NCBI GenBank assembly: GCA_964016885.1
Contig: OZ024752.1
Location: 47,492,001-47,556,000 of the forward strand
DNA from: Eledone cirrhosa
Taxonomy: Eukaryota
DNA length: 64,000 bases
Direction of reading: 5' to 3'
Within the stretch, counting starts at the first letter, position 1. The number at the start of each line of letters is the position of its first letter. The translations under genes and the position numbers were made by a program. Positions 57,395 to 64,000 of this stretch are shown here, piece by piece. The notes beneath the pieces were generated by a model. The model ran no database searches. It was not told the DNA's origin and worked only from the letters and a program-made list of their open reading frames with translations.

Positions 57395-57773
57395 GCAAGC
57401 AGGGAAAAGCGGACGTAAAATGATGATAATGATGGTAATGATGATGATAATGATGATGATGATGATAATGATGGTAATGATGATGATGATAATGATGATG
57501 GTGATGATGATGGTAATGATGATGATGGTAATGATGATGATAATGATGATGATGATGATAATGATGATGATGATGATGATGGTAATGATGATGATGGTAA
57601 TGATGATGATGATGATAATGATGGTAATGATGATGATGATAATGATGATGGTGATGATGATAATGGTAATGATGATGATGTTGATGATGGTAATGATGAT
57701 AATGATGATAATGATGGTAATGATGATGATGATGATTATGATGATGGTGATGATGGTGATAATGATGATGATA

Positions 57774-57815
<42 letters not shown>

Positions 57816-57841
57816 TGATGATGGTAATGATGATGATGATA

Positions 57842-57889
<48 letters not shown>

Positions 57890-57930
57890 ATGATGGTGAT
57901 GATGATCATGATGATAATGATGATGATGAT
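57395..57930 (+). repeat. S2/RTE-type 3' end with a greatly expanded (ATG)n tail
   Basis: GCAAGCAGGGAAAAGCGGACGTAAAA followed by about 500 bp of degenerate ATG repeats. Confidence 0.85.
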
Positions 57931-58171
57931 TCAAGATGGATTCTGCTAAGTGTACAGCAAATATTTTCTGACAATAAAAAAATATGAAACGGGGATCCCG
58001 GCATGGCAGTGTGGGTAAGGTTTCATCTCACACCCACAAGGTTTCAGGTTCAAATCCAATGTGCGGAACCTTGGGAATAAATTCTTCTACTATAGCTTCA
58101 AGTTGTCTAATGCCATGTGAGTGAAATTTGGTAGACGAAATCTGTGCAGAAGCCCATTATGTATGTATGTA

Positions 58172-58362
58172 TGGAGCGGTGGATTGGCAGTATCAGTAGA
58201 GGGTCGGACGCCATGCTTTCCAGCATAGTTACGTCCCTTTACGATCTGAGTTCGAATCCCGCCGAGGTTGACTTTGCCTTTCATCCTTACGGGGTCGATA
58301 AAATAAAGTACCAGTAATGTACTGGGTATTTGCTGGCCTTGTGCCTAAAGTAGAAACAATTA
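58172..58362 (+). mobile_element. SINE S1, full length
   Basis: B box GAGTTCGAATCCC with S1 body and tail. Confidence 0.9.
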
Positions 58363-58529
58363 TGTCTGTATGTATGTGATCAACACACAATCACATACAC
58401 ACAATCACATACATACACATGCAATCACACACGCACAATAACATACATAAACAAATACATGCAATCACACATACATTCACATACATAAACATACATACAC
58501 ATAACCCATACATTCACATACATAAACAT

Positions 58530-58562
<33 letters not shown>

Positions 58563-58625
58563 CATAACACATATATTCACATACATAAACATACATACAC
58601 ATAACCCATACATTCACATAAATAA

Positions 58626-58689
<64 letters not shown>

Positions 58690-58743
58690 GATTTAAAACT
58701 GCACTATCCACAAGTGTTTTTTAACCTTCATATCATGTCTTCC

Positions 58744-58814
58744 TATTTTATCTGATGAAAACACAAATATTATCGCATGATGATATTTGTTTTTGAAATG
58801 CGCATAATAAAATA
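58744..58814 (+). ncRNA. Type I hammerhead ribozyme (family F, canonical core)
   Basis: UAUUUUAU-CUGAUGA-AAACACAAAUAUUAUC(GCAU)GAUGAUAUUUGUUUUU-GAA-AUGCGCAU-A/AUAAAAUA. Perfect 8-bp stem I and palindromic stem III. Confidence 0.8.
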
Positions 58815-59202
58815 CATGGAACTCTTTTAACCATCTTTTGTTCTTATATATATATATATATATATATATAACACATATATTCACATGCATAAACACACCA
58901 GCACACCATCACACACATACATAAACACACCAACATACCATCACACACACATTCACACACACAAACACACCAACACACCAACACACACACTTTTAGAAAG
59001 TTCTTAACAATTATTTTACCAAATGTTTTTGTTCTTTTTTTATATATATACATTTTTTTATTTATTTTACTTCATATTTTTTTGTTTTACTATTATAAAA
59101 TACAAATAAAACTAACAAAAATACACCAAAAATAGTGACACATTTTCTTCACCAGTTTTAATATTCCTCACGTTTCCTTGGTGTCGTCACAAATAAATCA
59201 GT

Positions 59203-59936
59203 TTTTGTACCTAAAAATCTGACAGTAAATAACATTTGTCACCCTACTGAGTTACTGTTAGGTTGTGCTGGGGTTACAGTTATATGGGGGAGGTGGTTAG
59301 ACCTCAGTTTGTACCTAAAAATCTGACAGTAAATAACATTTGTCACCCTACTGAGTTACTGTTAGGTTGTGCTGGGGTTACCGTTATATGGGGGAGGTGG
59401 TTAGACCTCAGTTTGTACCTAAAAATCTGACAGTAAATAACATTTGTCACCCTACTGAGTTACTGTTAGGCTGTGCTGGGGTTACCGTTATATGGAGGAG
59501 GTGGTTAGACCTCAGTTTGTACCTAAAAATCTGACAGTAAATAACATTTGTCACCCTACTGAGTTACTGTTAGGCTGTGCTGGGGTTACAGTTATATGGA
59601 GGAGGTGGTTAGACCTCAGTTTGTACCTAAAAATCTGACAGTAAATAACATTTGTCACCCTACTGAGTTACTGTTAGGCTGTGCTGGGGTTACCGTTATA
59701 TGGAGGAGGTGGTTAGACCTCAGTTTGTACCTAAAAATCTGACAGTAAATAACATTTGTCACCCTACTGAGTTACTGTTAGGCTGTGCTGGGGTTACCGT
59801 TATATGGAGGAGGTGGTTAGACCTCAGTTTGTACCTAAAAATCTGACAGTAAATAACATTTGTCACCCTACTGAGTTACTGTTAGGCTGTGCTGGGGTTA
59901 CAGTTATATGGGGGAGGTGGTTAGACCTCAGTTTGT
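59203..59936. repeat. 104-bp tandem array, 7 units
   Basis: GTACCTAAAAATC at 59207, 59311, 59415 ... 59831. Confidence 0.95.
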
Positions 59937-61001
59937 TCTTTAAAATCTCCACCAACACCAGCAACATCAATGACTACAACACCACTGCCACCACCAACAA
60001 CAACAACAACAGCAACAGTGCCACCACCACTACTACTACTAACAACAACTACTATATTCCAACAGCAGCACAACCACCATTACTACCACCACCACCAGCA
60101 AGAACACCAGCACCAGCACAACCACCACCACTAACAACAACATCACTACCATCACAACTAACACCAGCACCAACACAACAACCACCACAACCACCAACAC
60201 AACCACCACCACCAAGACAACCACCACCACCCACACAACCAACACCACCCACACAACCATCACCATCAAGACAACCACCACCACCCACACAACCACCACC
60301 ACCCACACAACCAACACCACCCACACAACCACCACCACCATCAAGACAACCACCACCACCACCACCACCATCAAGACAACCACCACCACCACCACCACCA
60401 CCAACACAACCACCCACACAACCACCACCACCCACACAAACACCAGCACTAACAACAACAACAACAAGAAAAAACACCAACACACAACTATAGAGACATG
60501 AACCCCAACCCAGAAGTAAAGCAAAGTCAAACTTCATTTGTTTGTTTTTATTGTTTGTCACCTAATGCTGATTAGTTATATAGTAACGGTAGAATATTGT
60601 AGATTATTTCATAAACCTGAATTAGTTTCTAGGCTTCATCTCACAATTACTGTTTTGTACTGATTCTTTGTCACTTGAAGGCAATACAAAATATGTCTTT
60701 ATAAGGAAATGAAAAATAAAATATAATAAAATAAAGATATTATTGAAAAAAAAAATAAAAAAAAATAAAAAAAATAGAAAGAAAAGAAAAGAAACATTTA
60801 TTTATGAGGTCCCCCATTATATAGTTTTTATAGATTTGTAGTTTTAGCAGATTGTTGTATGTATGTATGTATGTATGTATGTATGTATGTATGTATGTAT
60901 GTATGTATGTATGCATGTGTGGTGGTTTTGGAATGTAGTCATTGTTACAAGCAGGGAAAAGCGGATGTAAAATGATGATATATATATATTATATATATAT
61001 A

Positions 61002-61081
<80 letters not shown>

Positions 61082-61182
61082 ATATGCATATATATCTATA
61101 TGCTTATATATATGCATATATATATGCTTATATATATGCCTATATATATATATGCATATATACATATAGATGTGCATAAATA

Positions 61183-61214
<32 letters not shown>

Positions 61215-61319
61215 CACATACATATATGCATATATATGTGCATAAATATATATGCATATATATATATATATGCATATATATATGCATATATATATATATG
61301 CATATAATATATACATATA

Positions 61320-61364
<45 letters not shown>

Positions 61365-62865
61365 TGTATATGTATATATACACATACATATATGCATATA
61401 TATATATATATATACATATATACATATAATATATATATATATATATACATATATGCATATATATATATATGCAGCTCTTTGCGTATATGTGTATGTGTGT
61501 GTATATGTGAGTGTTTATGAGTTAAAAGTACAAAGGAAGACTATATGAAATAAATCACAAAAAGTTGTAGTAGTACTGAAAGGTAGAAAAATATACCAAA
61601 GTGTAAAACTATAAAGAAAAAAACCTTTACTAGAATCAATAATTAAAAAAAGAAAAGGTATACCGCTTGAAAATTGTTACTGAATAACAAAACAATGTAC
61701 ATATAATAAAACTTTATGGCTGAAAGCAAAATATATGAATTTTACAGTTCAATCAGTTTTCTTGAGAAATTCATCTCAAAAATTTAATGAAACAAAGACA
61801 GAGGATTTGCTAATTAATTTTATGTCAAACATGATTTTTGAAATTTTTTTTAAATTATTTTTTTAAAGGAATTGAAGACAACATATTGTTAGTGTTAAAT
61901 AGAAAAGTTTATAAGGTGTTTGACATTTTTTTTTCTTCTCTAAAACGTTTTTTGAGAAAACAAAACAACAGTGAAAATAGTACAGCTAATCTCTCCCTCT
62001 GGCTCGTATAAAATGTTGAAAAGGGGTCTCACATATTGTTAGAATTGAATATATAGAAATTAAATTTTTAAATGTAGCTGAAGTAAAAAAAAAAAAGGCT
62101 AATGGATAAAGACAAAAAAATTACAAATTGTGGTTAAACAATGGAAGAAATACTCATTGAGAAATCTTTGTGACTTTTAAAAAAATCTGACATTTGTTAA
62201 AGATAATTATAAAGTACGGAAACTAAAGAGAAATAATAGGAGAAAATAAAATAAAAACATGGAGTGAGATAAGCTTAAAATTTTATTGAACTATTGACCT
62301 CATCTTTAGAGATGAAAATATATTTTAATGTTTACATCTAGATTGGTTTGATTTCTGATTTGATTATCATCATCAGATGTTTTTTTTTTATCATCAATTT
62401 TGTCTTTTATCCTTCTGGGATCAATAAAATAAAGCACCAGTCAAATACTAGGGTTAAATTAATCAACTATATCCTCTCCTCCAACAAAAATTGAAAAATC
62501 AATATCTACATTTACATAAATGAGGTTTGCTCCAACCTAATGGAGTGTAGAAAGAGTGTGTGAATAGTACCTAGATTTAAAGTGGGTGGAAGTGATATCT
62601 GTATAGGATTTAGAAGAGGTATCAGTGTTGTCTGTACATATACCAACAGTTATTATTATTGTGTGGAATAAAACACAGTTAAACTGACCAAAATTCAAAA
62701 CTGTTACTTTATTTTATGGATTCCAGGAATAGTAGGCGAAGAAGAAGAAAAATTTTACTTTTTCTGTATTTTTCTTTGATTTTTTTTGTTTTGCTTTTTT
62801 TTCAATGAGATCTTATATTTTTCTTTAATGTTAGTATAGAAAAAAAAAGAAGCTGTTTTACTTAC

Positions 62866-62969
62866 CCAAGAATGTTTGGATCAATGGATGTCGTAATTTG
62901 AAAATTTCGTGGATAAACTTGACGGACTGATTTCAGTGTATCAAGAGCTGGTTTCCAGAACCTTGTTAC
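62866..62969 (-). CDS. Candidate internal coding exon of an unidentified gene (VTRFWKPALDTLKSVRQVYPRNFQITTSIDPNILG)
   Basis: Minus-strand acceptor tcttcacag and consensus donor GG/gtaagt. 104 nt with only one open frame, in non-repetitive sequence. Confidence 0.6.
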
Positions 62970-63229
62970 CTGTGAAGACATTATGTAAATGAATTACATA
63001 AACTGGTTTGTGGTGGTTCTGGGTGTTTTATCATTTGACAAGCTACAGATTTATGTTTAAGCCTGGAGATATATATACATATATATTATAAATTAATAGA
63101 TAAATTAACTAATACCTTAACACTTCACACAAAGTAAAATATTTTGTTTTAAACATTTTCTAACCCAGAAAAAAGATAAAAAAATAAAAGGAAAATTGTT
63201 CCTCCTAATAATCGTCTTTTTCTCCCTAT

Positions 63230-63306
<77 letters not shown>

Positions 63307-63458
63307 TATATTGATGTGGGTGTTTTAAATACTAGTGTACAATATAATATTACAAACATTAACTGATTGAGCACTGAATACAAGTAAGTAAAGTGTGAGA
63401 TATTTTTCCTGGTGAAAAAAGTCTTCAACTTCGAAGTTTCATTAAATGCCTCTCATCA

Positions 63459-64000
63459 AGGCCAGACTTTCACCGAACAAGGCTCTTAGTTATATAAAAC
63501 CAGGGCCAGACTTTCACCTAACAAGGCCCTTAGCTATATAAAACCAGGGCCAGACTTTCACCTAATGAGGCTCTTAGTTATATAAAACCAGGGCCAGACT
63601 TTCACCTAATGAGGCTCTTAGTTATATAAAACCAGGGCCAGACTTTCACCTAACGAGGCTCTTAGTTATATAAAATCAGGGCCAGACTTTCACCTAACAA
63701 GGCTCTTAGTTATATAAAACCAGGGCCAGACTTTCACCTAACAAGGTTCTTAGTTATATAAAACCAGGGCCAGACTTTCACCTAACAAGGCTCTTAGTTA
63801 TATAAAACCAGAGACAGACTTTCACCTAATGAGGCTCTTAGTTATATAAAACCAGGGCCAGACTTTCACCTAATCAGGCTCTTAGTTATATAAAATCAGG
63901 GCCAGACTTTCACCTAACAAGGCTCTTAGTTATATAAAACCAGAGACAGACTTTCACCTAATGAGGCTCTTAGTTATATAAAATCAGGGCCAGACTTTCA
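63459..64000. repeat. 44-bp satellite (about 12 units, runs off right edge)
   Basis: Unit GGCCAGACTTTCACCTAACAAGGCTCTTAGTTATATAAAACCAG. Confidence 0.95.

Noticed and set aside
58172-58270. tRNA genes at SINE heads
   Set aside because: A/B boxes continue into SINE bodies and no complete cloverleaf is seen.
2305-61548. Many YI/HT/CV-rich ORFs
   Set aside because: Translations of (TA)n and (CA)n microsatellites.

Overview
This is repeat-saturated eukaryotic DNA, most likely an Octopus-like cephalopod. That assignment is inferred from the extreme (TA)n/(CA)n/(AAT)n content and the tRNA-SINE, RTE and CR1 fragments. Nearly all listed ORFs are microsatellite or satellite read-throughs; only one plausible protein-coding exon was found (62866-62969, minus strand). 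The window holds two SINE families, RTE/CR1/L1-like LINE 3' ends, TTAA-flanked piggyBac-like MITEs, Tc1/mariner MITEs, and about ten tandem arrays, most grown from pieces of those elements. The main discovery is a set of short (about 140-530 bp) non-coding elements sitting in (TA)n tracts. They fall into about seven sequence families and carry type I hammerhead ribozyme folds (stem I / CUGANGA / stem II / GAAA / stem III / NUH). Copies vary at the tolerant core position and change stem II while keeping its pairing. Most share an inverted two-arm architecture, and five families share a TGAGT(A/G)C motif 40-60 nt from the 3' end. They look like non-autonomous Penelope-like or retrozyme-like retroelements targeting TA microsatellites. 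Other highlights are a 60-bp satellite seen at about 1, 14 and 57 copies inside its parent MITE, and a 41-bp satellite carrying about 40 CRE (TGACGTCA) sites. All folds and copy counts were read by eye, not computed.
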